Assembly (NCBI GenBank): GCA_036630325.1
Contig: CP142735.1
Span: 868,001 to 932,000 of the forward strand
Length of the DNA stretch: 64,000 nt
Direction: 5' to 3'
From: Vairimorpha necatrix
Lineage: Eukaryota
The position numbers and the translations under genes were made by a program. Of this stretch, positions 46,218 to 59,649 are shown in pieces; within the stretch, counting starts at the first letter, position 1; each line of letters starts with the position of its first letter. The notes below the pieces were generated by a model. That model worked only from the letters and a program-made list of their open reading frames with translations. It was not told the origin of the DNA and ran no database searches.

Positions 46218-47900
46218 TTATTCGTCAATATATTCCGGGTCTCCTATGTCAATATCTTCTCCGTCTTCTTTATTCTTAAGATCTTTTATAAAATCCCTTA
46301 AGGTCCCCGAATCATTCTCTTTATTCTTTAGAGATGATATAAGTGACTTGATCTTATTGTTCATGTTCTGGTCATCTATGCTTACTGTCCTGGGAATGTC
46401 TTCCTTGCTTGTAGCGGGGCTTGAAGGGGGAGGACTTGGAGCTGCAGACTGATAATTATAGACAGTCTTTAGGACGGTAGTAGTGACAGTAGACTTAGAA
46501 GTCTGAGTCTCTGTACAACTGCCCTTATCCTTACAGGGATCTTCTTCTTTGTTCTTATCTTTATTTGAGTCTTTTTCTTTACTCTCTTTGTCTTTATTTT
46601 CCTTTTCTTTACTCTCTTTATCCTTGCTCTCTTTTTCTTTACTCTCTTTTTCTTTGCTAGGATCCTTTTCTTTGCTCTCTTTTTCTTTGCTAGGATCCTT
46701 TTCTTTACTAGGATCTTTGTCCTTGCTAGGATCTTTGTCTTTATTGGTATCTTTGTCTTTATTGGAATCTTTGTCTTTATTGGAATCTTTGTCTTTGCTG
46801 GGATCTTTGTCTTTACTCTCTTTAGTTGAGTCTTTGTCCTTGCTACTTTTATCTTTACCCTTGTCTCCGTCTTTACTGGGATCTTTGTCTTTCTCTTTGC
46901 TCTCCTTGTCTTTATCTTTGTCTCTCTCAAGTGCTTCAAGTTTTCTCAATATCTTCTGTAAAATGTTCTCATTTTCTTGGTTTTTACTTGGGCTGTATTT
47001 AGCTAGTAAAATATTATTAATATTGGAACATTCTGGTGGACAGCAAACATTTCCTTGGTTTTTACTTGGGTCTTGGCACGAACCTTGATTTGGGTCTTGA
47101 AACTTGTCTCTGTTCGGGTCTTGAAACATGTCTTTACTCGGATCTTGAAACTTGTCTTTACTCGGATCTTGACACTTGTCCTTAGTTGGATCTCGACATT
47201 TATCTTTGGTTGGATCTTGACACTTGTCTTGTTCTCCTTTGTCTACTGCTATATATTTCTTATACGACCCTGTAAACTTCAATGAATAATTATTCGGTAT
47301 CTTCTTCTTTATCTTACTAGCATCTTCTGTATCTCTCAATAAAAATATTAATTTATCATCATTCTCTTTACTATACTGAGGATCCTCTTCATCATCATAT
47401 TTATTTTCACATTCATCTTTTCTCTCTCCATAACACTGTTTATTATACGGACTACCTTTCCATTTACCATATCCATTTGCAAATACCTGTACCCAATACC
47501 TATTCTTATCTTTCCCTAAACATGACGACACACCCGTAAAATTATAATTCCCAAGTATATTCTTTTTATGTAACGGAGACTTAATCCAAACCTTAAAAAC
47601 TTCTTTAAAATCATCATTCTGTTGTTTCGCAATAATCTCGCCTATTTTAGAATACTTAAAATTAAAAAAATCCATTCTTTTTTTTAATGTTCGTTTTCTT
47701 GGATCAGGATTCTTATGTGTTAACTTATTTGATTTACACATCGTATTTGCTTGTAATTCACTAGCAAGTTTTAATGGCTCAATTACTTTTAACTCTTTTA
47801 AGCCGTGCATCTTCCTATACAAATTTGTCAATTTTATCATGTTGGTATTGCTTGATGAATAAAAAAATGGAAGAAGATGGAAAATGATCATATTATTCAT
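46218..47900 (-). CDS. Secreted CAP/SCP-domain protein with KCQDPSKD and KDKDPS/KEKES repeats
   Basis: N.YR..HGL..L, GEIIA, W.KSP.HKKNIL, YWVQVFA; signal-like MIIFHLLPFFYSS. Start uncertain (47900, 47891 or 48014). Confidence 0.85.
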   Translation of the reverse strand: MNNMIIFHLLPFFYSSSNTNMIKLTNLYRKMHGLKELKVIEPLKLASELQANTMCKSNKLTHKNPDPRKRTLKKRMDFFNFKYSKIGEIIAKQQNDDFKEVFKVWIKSPLHKKNILGNYNFTGVSSCLGKDKNRYWVQVFANGYGKWKGSPYNKQCYGERKDECENKYDDEEDPQYSKENDDKLIFLLRDTEDASKIKKKIPNNYSLKFTGSYKKYIAVDKGEQDKCQDPTKDKCRDPTKDKCQDPSKDKFQDPSKDMFQDPNRDKFQDPNQGSCQDPSKNQGNVCCPPECSNINNILLAKYSPSKNQENENILQKILRKLEALERDKDKDKESKEKDKDPSKDGDKGKDKSSKDKDSTKESKDKDPSKDKDSNKDKDSNKDKDTNKDKDPSKDKDPSKEKDPSKEKESKEKDPSKEKESKEKESKDKESKEKENKDKESKEKDSNKDKNKEEDPCKDKGSCTETQTSKSTVTTTVLKTVYNYQSAAPSPPPSSPATSKEDIPRTVSIDDQNMNNKIKSLISSLKNKENDSGTLRDFIKDLKNKEDGEDIDIGDPEYIDE

Positions 47901-49403
47901 ATTATTGTTTTGATTAGAAGTAAAAAATAATAATAAAAATGTTTGGAATTGTTTTAGAATGAAACATGGTTTTTTAAACAAAAAAAAAATTATGAGAAAA
48001 TGTAACCAGGGCATGAAACTCTAGATTATGAAAAATAGAGAGAGAAACTGGTAAATTAGGGGGTATAAAAAACGAAAATATTTATATAAAAAAAATTGAA
48101 AAAAAAATACTTTATTTTTCAATATTTTAAATATTTATGTGCTTTTTATTTTTTCGATAAATTCTTATTTGTTTACTTTTACTTCCTTATTGTTTTATTT
48201 CTCTTTTCAAATTTTGAAACAAAAAAAAAGTTTAGAGATCTCTAGTTTAAAATTTTTTAAATATGTAAAATAGTTCTAATATGTGCATTTGACACAAAAA
48301 AAAGAAATATTTTATATTAAACATTTTTGATTTAATAAGAGATTTTAGTTTAATAAATCATTCACATTCAACTTCACAATATATGTTATCACAAAAATAT
48401 AAAGCTTTAAGAATTGTTCTTTTTATATAAGGACTTAGTAGATCTATGAACTTGTAAAGAGCTTGTAGTGTTTATAATTCATATTATGATCATTTTTACA
48501 ATATGTTTATTGTGATATTAATTAAAAAGATATTGAAACTGGTATAAAATCATAATTATATAGTACAACCATCATAAAAAACCAAACGTATTCAAGAGCG
48601 CCAACATATAAAATCAGGACTTTTTAAGGAATTATTATTCTATTTAACATCGGGGCCATATTTGTGGCTTATAGTGTTGTATGTATCACAACATATGTCA
48701 CTTTATATTACCTTATTAAGCAGCATGATAAGGATCAAATTTTATACTCTCGTATTGATATAAATAATCAGGTATATATTACATCTGCATATCATACTAT
48801 ATAATCTATTATATACTGTTACGAGCATCAAAATAAATACAACTAATTAAAATACGTGTTAATTCTCCATATTATAATTAGTATCGACTTATATTATGTT
48901 AAATATGCTGAATAAACAAAAATAACAAACCACCAAAAAAATTTTACTTAAAGTATTAATTTGTCGACTAAATATTCTACAAGGAAAATATAAGTTTCAT
49001 AAAATATAAAATCAACTATCTTGCTTACTAAAATTGAGTCGGTTTTCTGATATCTAGTAACAAGGTTTATGTTTTTAAAAAAACAAATTCGCTAAAAATA
49101 TTATTAATTGATAACTATATTAAAAAGTCAATCCATGTTTTTAAATATGACCCGAGTTCATTTTGATAAATATGTGTATAATGAATGAGATGCACTTGCA
49201 TTTATTTTACTGTTATAATGTGTATACTTACTAGAAAATACTTTCAAGTTGTATGATTTTGCGACTTTGAAGGAAATCTTATTTTTTCTTCAAATACACT
49301 ATTATTAGTTTGTTTTTATACGTTTCTTATAACGTGAATTAATTTGCGGCCTTTAGCTGATGATATAAAAGTTTTTTTTAATCTGTGACGAAAACCAAAG
49401 CAA

Positions 49404-49643
49404 TTATGTTAATGCCATCGGCCTTTCAACTAGTACAAAAGCTTACATCCAAATGAGAGTTATAAAGAAGACACTAGAGAGCATCTCCTTTGAACACCAG
49501 CAGGGGCTCTCCGAGGGAATATCTGGAACCAAGAACATAGCAGAGGAAGCTAGAAGGTGGTGTGGCCAGATAGAGTGCGCGGCAGTGGAGGTAAATTGAA
49601 GAAGAAAACAAGCATATTAATAGCTTCAATAAATAAATTATAT
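49404..49643 (+). mobile_element. 3'-terminal fragment of an RLE-type non-LTR retrotransposon
   Basis: YVNAIGLSTSTKAYIQMRVIKKTLESISF followed by a 3' tail ending AATAGCTTCAATAAATAAATTATA; homologous to 53475-53740. Confidence 0.7.
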
Positions 49644-52600
49644 TTTTTTACAATATTACATTTGACTATTAGTTTATTGTTGCAGGAATTACATTAAGTC
49701 TCTATTTAATAGTTGCCAAATCTTATTTAGCTGTGATAGTAATGATCTATGGGCATCAACAAAAGTATTACCGTAGCAGTTTCATATAAAGTTATTAACG
49801 GCCGACGAAACATAAACTACAAATAAAAATACACATGTTTCATATTATGATTTAAATAATTAAACTAAGAATTGGTTTATGATATTGCTCTTTTATAAGC
49901 TATAATAAAGATTAAATGGAATATATAAGGCGCTTATTCTATCTCAAATAATATTTTGATTTGATCAATCATTATATTAAGAGTGAAGTTACTATAAATT
50001 CTAAATGGTTTTTTTAGTCAAATAAATTTTTTTGTCTTGTGTTATATTCTTATGGCGTGATTTTATAAACATCTTGGCCGTTTGTTTAGTGAGCTGTTCA
50101 TCTTCTTTAACCATGTATTGATTTTAATTTTTTTTAAATGTTTATTTGATTTTTTTTTGACATACGAATATGAATTTAACAAGAGTATTTTTCTATAAAA
50201 AGGAGTTCATATATATGTGCATTATTATGTTAAGTAGCCTTCCTTTCTAAAAATATTTTTTGATGTTCTCTAGAGTTTCCAATGAGAAATTTGTCGAATT
50301 AAACCTTTTTGTTGTACAAAATGAAATTTTTATGTAATTTTAACGGCTCCTATCAAATTAATAACTATAAATTAATCGTTGTTAAATATTTATTTATTGA
50401 ATTAATCTATATAAAAGATAGAACATACAGAATCGAAAATTTTTAAATATGAAAAAATGCACAATGCCCTGTATAAAATATGTATAAGACAGTCAGAAAG
50501 CTTTAATTCTATCTTGGGGAGAAAATTCTTTTGAGACCGAATTATTCTGTAAATATAATCATAGTTTTCTAGCGCAATGAATTATAATAATCTTTAACAT
50601 TAACTTCTATTTTATGTTTTGTATGAACCTTGAGACTCATAAAGGACTCTGCTTGCTTAATTATTCATTGTTTTTATGAGAACGAGATATCGCTATAAAC
50701 GATATTCGATACAAACTACATTAACATTATGTATTTTTATAACTACGCACAAACTATCTCATATTAAGGCGTTGCTACGTTCAGGCCATGGACTATTTCA
50801 ACAGGATGTTTTTATAAAAAAGATTATGTTAGAAGGTAAAATTAACATCCTGCTCAAGCTTCTCTGCATTGCCTTAAAATTGTCGGGATTAAGTCTAGAA
50901 AACGCAAATCCAGATTATCTACTTTTCTATATTAATTTTATTAAAACGTTGTTTTACATAAAAAATTTTGGGATCTCTTATATGCCGATTCAGTATATTG
51001 TATATAATAGGTGCTCATGTAGTAAATAAAAGTTAAAAATAGCGTAAAATCATTTAAACAATTTATAACACATTCAAAACTTATATGCTGATCAACCATT
51101 TTTAGATTATAGTGTAAGAAAAACTAATTAATTGAAAAAAAACATCGTTATTTGTTACGGATATATCTATAAGTAATAGGTGCGAAGAATTTTTAGTTTA
51201 AATGTTCTAAGTACAACTTGTCGCCATCCTTCATGATTTTGCTCTTTGTAATTATTAAATTTTTAATATTATTTGTGCATTTATCAATAAATTGTTATAT
51301 CGTCAACTTAAAGTCTTACCAAGTCTTTTTAAGTTAGCTTTCTAGCTAGCCACATATTTTTCTACGCTCTTATTTCATGAACATCATCAAATTTAGTCCA
51401 GGTCGTCGATCAAGGATTAGGTTTTAGGATTTCCTTGTTACTTTAGACTAAATGTAAGCTTTAAACAATTGTTTAGTTTATGGCAGACGGTTAACTTTTA
51501 TTATATAGGCCGCCGCCACATTCAACGTCATCCAAAATATCTACAGTTGTGATGAATTATTTATGATTTAATGTTCGAATGTAATCATAAATACTTATTT
51601 AGTTCTTAACTATTGACTATAGACAGTATATCCTAATTGTTTTCATCCTAGTCGTAATTTTTTTTATTCTTCATATCAAAAATAAGATTATATGCCTTAT
51701 CATCGGATACTCTTTATCTATAGATGTTATTGTTACAAAAAAAATTAATTTAAAATATTCAATACATATTATGTGCCTAAAAAATTCTATTAGTTGTAAA
51801 AAAATGTACTGTAAATGTTTGAACGTAAAGCACCTTAAAAAACATTCACGGCTTATATAAAAACAGGTAAAAATGACTAGTATTCAGTATAAAATAACAA
51901 TAAAATAGTTAGTTTATTAAAAAATGAATTATCCTTCAATTTAACACGTATGGTTGGTGTTGATAATATTTGAATCAATATATAAAACTCTCATATAATA
52001 TTTTTCTCGTTGTAGTATAGAATTTTAGGTCAGTACAAGAACATTTCTATCGAAATAATGCATCGTCTGAACTGTAAGTAGTGACATTTTCTTTTAATTT
52101 CTTGTAATTTGAACAATATGATAATGTTGATTTTTAATTGTTTTGAAATATATTTTGTATTGTTCAAAAATGCCATGAATTTTTTTATCTTTTTTAGATT
52201 TTATAACATGTTTTCGTCTTTACTTAAATGTTAATGAAAGAACCATCCTTTAACAATTTTTTAAAAATTAAGATACCATTGATAAAACTTTCCTCGGACT
52301 CATTTGAGTTTTCAATGTCTTGTATTATTGTTATGAGTTTTTTTATAAATGATTTCTTTGAATGTTTTTTTCAAATTCGAGTTTTATAATATAGATATAC
52401 GCATAATTACCCAACAAAATGAAGAATTTTTACATAAAGGCGCAATATTACTTTCTTGACTATTAATATTATCTATAGTATCAGGAATACTATTAATTAC
52501 GTTAATAGAACAAATAAAAAACACCTTCATTATATTAGCATAAACAATACAACAGTTCAATAAATAAAAAAACAAAAAATTTAGTATTTCTCATTGAAAG

Positions 52601-53474
52601 TAAAAATACTTGTTTTTATATTGTTAAAATTTAGGTACAGTGTTTCTTATTTACATATAATAGTCTAACCATATTATTTTAAAGTAGATTAATTATCTAA
52701 ATAATTTATTTACATAATCTGTCCCTGTAAATTTCACTCCTTATTATACATTCGAGTTATACAATAGCATGGTCAACAAAATTCGTTAATATAATTTATC
52801 TTTAATTCAATATTATATTGTATCGATAACAATGCTGTAAAATTTTATGCTCGAATTAAACACTTTTTGTGAAGTCATAAATAAAAATATCCGCAATTTT
52901 GTAAATTTCTACTAATCTCTAAATAGGTTCATCGAATTGTTCATCTTAAAAAATCAATCAAGCGACATACTAATCTTCAAGTATTAATATAATAAGAAAA
53001 AATTTATAGTTTTTTTATTCATAATAAATAATTAAGAATTTTATAATTAAAAATTATAAAGTAAGAAAACTCTGGAAAAAAAATTATATACGACAATTTT
53101 GTATCAAAAAAGAGATCACTTATAGATTTCTGTTTTTTATTTGTAGTTGGACTTGCAGTTTATCAATTTTTATATACCGCCATTCTGCCGATACTAATAT
53201 TGTTGTTTTTGATCACATATACATCTCTGATGTCTTTGATTAGTTCAAACACGAATTTCTTTAAGATTCAACTGTATTTTTTATCTGAAAAAATTAAATT
53301 TGCTATCTATTTTCACATTTAATACGCATATTTTGCTTCTTCTTACTTATAGATCTTTATAAAACAAAAATACTTATTCATTGAACTATTCACACAAAAA
53401 GTAGTATTTGTGCGAGTATCATGTACAATATCGCATAATTTTTAAATATTTCTTTGAATTATATTAGAATATAT

Positions 53475-53740
53475 ATAATTTATTTATTGAAGCTATTCGG
53501 GTTTATTTTCTTTTATTTTTCTCCACTACCTCGCAATCTATCTGATCACAACACCTAATAGTACTTCTTTATTTTCTTGGTTTCAGATCCTCTCTCTGCG
53601 AGTCCCTGCCGGGGTTAAAGGAGGTGCTCTCTAGTGTCTTCTTTATAAACCTCATTTGGATAAAAGCTTTGGTACTTGTCGATACACCGATGGCATTAAC
53701 ATATTTGCTGCGGCATTTTGTCACATTTCGTCCCATGTAA
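53475..53740 (-). mobile_element. Second 3'-terminal fragment of the same non-LTR family
   Basis: KYVNAIGVSTSTKAFIQMRFIKKTLESTSF and the same terminal AATAGCTTCAATAAATAAATTATA. Confidence 0.7.
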
Positions 53741-54569
53741 TGATGTAAGGAATTAATTGAATCTTGCATTTGTACATTAGGTCTAATTCGCTTGTTAAGA
53801 TACAGTACTTTTTGAGTTTTTCCTGTTCCACTTTCTGTAAATTATCCTGGAAGTTATTCCTATTCGATTAGCGTATTTTTTATTTTATTTGTCCATTCCA
53901 AATACATTAGGCTTATTATATTGCATCTTTATATCAGTGTTATTCCATCGCGTCTGCCCGAATTAATAATATGAGATAATCTTATCTATAGATAAATACA
54001 CCTTAAAAAGTAATTTTTTTATGTCATCTCTCAACTATCATTTTTTTCTAAAGGTTTAGCGGTAAAATGTGTTGTTGATGTTTAAAAGGAACGGATTCAT
54101 ATTTCAAGTTTCAACTATTTTTTTTAGATCTAATTTCGGGTAAATATTGAATTAAAATTAAAAATGATCATTCCACAATGTATTAGACATTGACTAAAGA
54201 GATATTGAACACCTCTTGAGTTTTAAGTAGGATTAATTATAATCAGTATCTAAAAATTTATAAAACATTTTCATATCTTTAAAAGATATTCTGTTATGAA
54301 ATAATATTTCGAATTTGTGATATGAAGAAGAGAGTAGGTTGACAAGGTTCTACTACATCGATTACAACCCACGTGTTTCTATTCTTTCACGCGAGACACA
54401 AGTCTTTTAATAGTCATAATCATAACAAAATTTAACTATATTATAATCAATTTAATCCAAATGAGATCTCTTTGTATGAAAAATTTGAACATGAAAATTT
54501 TTATATTGAGAGAATGTAATTTTGAAGACGAAGAAGAAAAAAGATTATAGTAATGTATAATGTTAAAAA

Positions 54570-54608
<39 letters not shown>

Positions 54609-55266
54609 TATGTATTTTGTATGTGCAATGGAAATTATGTAACAATATGATTTAATAAGAAAGGCAATTATATAAAAACCAAATAACAAGCATCAAATTA
54701 ATATTATTGGCAAAATGGTTCGTTCTTGTTAAAAAAACACCTATATTATAAAATCAAACAAAAATTAAAACATCACAAATGATTTGAGTAAAACGAGTAT
54801 CGTATTAGGTAATTATACGTCATATAAAGTTGTCTTTAAATTTATAGGAGTTGGTTTTTAGTTTATGACGAAAATCATCTCAAAAATTAAATAATTTGAT
54901 GAAAATGAGTTATATCTGAAAAATAAATATTAAAAAATGATGTATGTGTTATGTGAAGGTCCTCAATATTAATAAAAGAATTTAAATTCAACAGAATTTG
55001 CCAAAAAAGTAATAAATCAATAAAGTCAAAGAACATTAAGAACTTATTGGAACACTTGGCAAAATACTAATAATACCCAAGATATAATCCAAAATCGGGC
55101 CTGTTTCATTAACTGTTACAACTTAATAAATACTAAAATATATCGTTAAGAGATTTTAATTTGGATTGGTAGGGCTATCACGGTTAAACATACAAATTAC
55201 TTCATGTATTGTAATTATTAAAAAATTCCATTTTTTTATAAATTTAAAGTTTTCTTTAGCCCATAG

Positions 55267-55971
55267 ATGTTTGTACCTTTATCTCTAATTATAGACTTAA
55301 ATCGAATCGTTACTAATAATCAAGAGAATAACATTAAGGATTTTATGGCTTGTTCTGAAATACTTTTTGGAGAAACTGCAAATTTAAAATATAATAATTA
55401 TATACAAGGGAGGGCAATATCAAATCTAATATTTAATTCTATTTTTGATGAAATAAAGTTTCCAATAAAAAGTCAACCCAATTGGCCAAAAGATAATGAA
55501 AAAAAAGACTATGAAATTTCTAGGAAAGATTTTAATGACATTTTGATATGGAATGCACAAAAAGGTGCCTTTAATTTAAGAAAACGTCATGGTAAGAAAA
55601 GTGTTATTTTTGAATTTTTATATTCACTTGGTGCCCTAACTCGCTCTTTGTATAATATGCTAGTTTTTTATGAAATCAAATTCAAAAGTATGAACGCCAA
55701 TAAACTTAAAATGTTAATTTCTAAGCATTTAAATATTATCATGGATGCAAACAAAAGCTATAAATTTAAACAAGTTTTTAATACTGAGGATTACATAAAT
55801 ATCATCGAGGATATAAAATATATTCTAGAAGTACCAATAAACTCAGAAAATATTGCAAATTTACGAAGAATTAATCATAATACAAGATATAACGTGTTGG
55901 ATGATTCTAATTCGGGCTTTGAGGTTAAGCAAAATTTAACTGCTTCTTTAGATATTTTAAGTCTAGAATAA
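55267..55971 (+). CDS. Hypothetical protein
   Basis: 234-codon ORF, CCC upstream of ATG, AATAAA overlapping the stop; no known motif. Confidence 0.75.
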   Translation: MFVPLSLIIDLNRIVTNNQENNIKDFMACSEILFGETANLKYNNYIQGRAISNLIFNSIFDEIKFPIKSQPNWPKDNEKKDYEISRKDFNDILIWNAQKGAFNLRKRHGKKSVIFEFLYSLGALTRSLYNMLVFYEIKFKSMNANKLKMLISKHLNIIMDANKSYKFKQVFNTEDYINIIEDIKYILEVPINSENIANLRRINHNTRYNVLDDSNSGFEVKQNLTASLDILSLE

Positions 55972-57088
55972 AGAATTGACGTTTTATTTTATTTTTTATC
56001 TTTAAATGTCTAAATAAACTTATCGTTGTATAATAAAAAAAATTTTTATACACTAAATAATGTTTATAATGAAATCTAAACCACAAACAAAAATTTACTT
56101 AAAATTAACATCGCTTAGAGATATTTAAAATGAAAACTTTGCATTTTGTTTTTTGCATGTGTAACAATTTAAAGTTATTCTTTTAAAGGTTCTATTGACG
56201 TTGTAGAAACAATTTTCTACAAAGATGAAATTATTATTTTTTAATCATAATATATAAAATTTTTGTATGCTTAATTATTAGTTGTTTTTCTTCGGCTTTA
56301 GTTCTTATATGCAAATAAACGTAGTTATTCTGTACTTCATACGCTGGTCAAACAACATTGCACTCTTTTGGTTTAATAACAAAATGAACTCAATTTTTTA
56401 CAAAAATAAATAGATATTCGATTATGCCTTATTTCGTGCAACACTCTATGTTTTATGTGATATTTAGTTAGCTGTCTTAACAATGTTTTTATGGATTTCT
56501 TAATCCTTCATACATGAGTAACAAAGCTTGAGTATAAATAACTGATAATAAAATTTGTTTTGCAAGAAAAAAAAACTAATCACATACTTCATAATAAACA
56601 ATATAATATAAACCCCATATTTGCGAAATATAATACCGCAATTAAAGTTTTTTATTATATAACAGACTACTCCACTTTTAAACTCTATATAAATATGATT
56701 AAAAAATCTTGGTTTTTAAAAAAGTAAAAAACAGTAGCCATACAATTATTCATGAAGTAGTTTTTGTGAAGGTATAAGTTAACACTACTATAGAAATTCA
56801 TTATTTTTTTTCTATCTAATTATGTTAAAATCGATCAAATTCAATTCTTTGTATTATAATTTTTTTTTCAAAAATTTCATGAACTAAATAAAAATAATAG
56901 AAGTTTTTTAATTCATAATACTATAAAATAAAAATATACACTATTTTTTGATTTAATTGAAACAATTTGATATCTATTCATTGATAAACTCCGTGTATAT
57001 ATTGCGAATTATTGCAAAAGTTCATTATGTTCACTGTTGCAAGGGTACAAATTTTGATCCAAACCAGTAGATGCAAATAACAATTGCG

Positions 57089-57890
57089 AGGTGCCCTTGG
57101 CCGAGTGGTCGAAGGCATGTTCTCATTGACCAATGGGCTGGGTTCGAGTCCCAGGGGCACCAAATTGTTTCTACTTTCTATGATGCAGTTGGAACAACTC
57201 AGATGATGAAAATGTCCACGGTAATCATTAAGTTGATTCAATGAAACTTGTGTGTGTCCAGCCACAAGGGGATTAGCATCTAGTGTAGAAACGCACCTCA
57301 AGGCCAAAAAGCAGTATCGCCCTCTGGTGACTTAATGATACATAAAAGTATCTAATGGGTACGGCCTAGTTGGAGCCCATGGCTGGTGCACTCTAGAGTG
57401 GGATCCTAGAGCTAACTAAGAGACTAGACGAAGTAGGGCAATAGAAGGTCTCGTGGACCCTATCCTACATGATTCTGTAACACGGTGGCCGAAACTAGTG
57501 GGAGACTGGTGGTCAACGCAGTCCAATAAAAATGCCGGGCTGGGGATGTGGTCGTGTAAGGAGCCGTGTGTGCGATACAGATGATTGTAGGGACCTTTGA
57601 GTCAGTACGATGATGTCTCTCCTCGGGTTATAGATAACCATGCCCGTTAAGTATATCCGCTGTGAGGTCACTCTGGACGCGATTTGAGGTATAAATGGAA
57701 AGTGTTCTCCTGGAGCCAAAGTCCAATGGATACGGCGGAGCTTGCTGCACCGGCAAGTTATACGGAGGGAGTTTTAGTGAGTAAGAATCTCACAGTACCA
57801 GTTGGAAAAGGATCACACCCAAATCCCTCTGGTCCCTATGTAAGGTTTCTCCCTACCTCTTACTTGCAAAGAAAAAAAAAAAAAAAAAAA
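57089..57890 (+). mobile_element. tRNA-derived SINE-like retroposon (~800 bp)
   Basis: Head with A box TGGCCGAGTGG and B box GGTTCGAGTCC; acceptor GGTGCCC/GGGCACC; T-stem CTGGG/CCCAG; poly(A) tail; 14-bp TSD AAATAACAATTGCG (57075-57088, 57891-57904); GC-rich body. Confidence 0.92.
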
Positions 57891-59649
57891 AAATAACAAT
57901 TGCGTAGCCATTTTAGTTAGAAACTTTAAGGTCATTGAAAATTGTAGAATTAATATTTAATCTGGAAAAACTGCAATTTTTTTGTTTTGTTTAATCACTA
58001 AATTAATTCAATTGGTTATTTTTTTTATAATTATAATATAAAGATTATAAATACGTTACACAGAATTTTGTTTTTTATTTACAATTATTTTGTTTTAAAC
58101 ATTACATCTGAGTCTAATTTGTTAACATTTATAAAAAAATCTGTATAATAAATACAACTAATAAAAAATTGTTTTAATTTTTTCATGTTCTAACAACTTA
58201 AATTATATTAATTTATTTTGCCAAATGAATATATGGTTTTAACTTTATTTATATTTTTTATATTTAAAAAATAAAAACGAACAAGGCTTATAACAGAGAT
58301 GAATCTCCACCTGGATGCATATCCGACTATATCTTAAAGATTAGAAATGGCGATATGAATACTGCTATATTCAAAAATAGCAAGGATGGTCAGACTTACA
58401 AACAGAAACGACATAGAAAAAAAAATGAGGTAAATATTAAGAATCGGTCTCAGGAAAATGATCAAAAGTTGTATATATTTAATGTTTGAAGTATATTGCA
58501 CGCTTACAATCGTCCTATTCTAGATATATATGATTTCATAGGATATTAATATGCAGATAGCATTGGCGTTTTTTGTGGTCTTTATAATGATATTAAATGT
58601 TATAATTGATTAAGATGAATGCCATTGAATGAAATGTGGGGATAAGAAAATTTATAAGACAGACTTACAATTTTAGATTTTACCTTTTATTTAATTAATA
58701 TGCACAAAAAATGTAGACGTTAAAGACGAGGCGATACATAAACTTACAAATCTCCTTTAAATAAAAAATTCAATGAGAAATTTCCATAAATAAACTAATA
58801 TGTAATAGTTGTATGCGTCATATTATATGCATTTGTTTCGTTTGTATTCAATTTTAAATTAATTTAAGAGGAGGAGTTGAGGGAAAATATGTGTTAGTTA
58901 TGCATTCTTATGCACATATGTTTTTTCTTTAACGTATTTAATTACGATATTATAAAAAAAATTCTTTAGAAACAAAAATATTATCATCTTGTGCTTTGTA
59001 AGTTTGAAATGAATCTTATAAATACAAGAGAAAGCTCCCATTAAATTTTCAAAATACTTATCTTATTCAATAATTAATTTCTTTTATGTTATTTTTTAAA
59101 AAATTTTACTTATACCTAAAACATAAAACGTCTTAAATCTGGATTAAATTTTTGCGAAAACCAAGATAATTTTGTGCTTTACATAACCCTTCAATAATTA
59201 TATTATTTTTACAACAATTAAAACTCATTTATATGTAATTTAAACTAGATAAATCATAGGCATCTTTCGAGAGATGGAATTTTCTTATCATTACATCCAG
59301 GTTTAACACATATTTTTAAACGATCGCAAGACCTTCTTTTGAAAATTTTCATATAAAAACAAATAGACATACTATATATATATATATTAAATCTGCTATA
59401 TAACAGGCAAAAAAATTATTTTTTACTTTTTGAATTATAAGGTTTTTTGAATTTTCATAAAAATATGTCCATACTTAATATACATCAAAGGAAATATTTA
59501 AGAACAGAGACCAAAGAAAATTTTTTGCACTTACTGAATTTAATAAACTGTATTGGAATTTATTGTCCCATTTTGAATAAACCCATTTTACAAGTTATAA
59601 TAATTCTCAAAAGAAGATATTTTTGAGTTTCTAAACGAGCTATGCCACT

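Noticed and set aside
46469-47285. Lys-rich and Ser/Leu-rich overlapping ORFs
   Set aside because: Alternate-frame or antisense shadows of the CAP protein repeats.
57090-57162. Functional tRNA gene
   Set aside because: No canonical anticodon stem-loop and no T-run terminator. It is the head of a poly(A)-tailed, TSD-flanked element.
57410-57575. Group I (AGAGACTAGACG) or group II domain V (GAGCCGTGTG) intron motifs in the SINE
   Set aside because: Partner elements (a proper S element, the domain V 3' strand) are not found, and there are no exon flanks.
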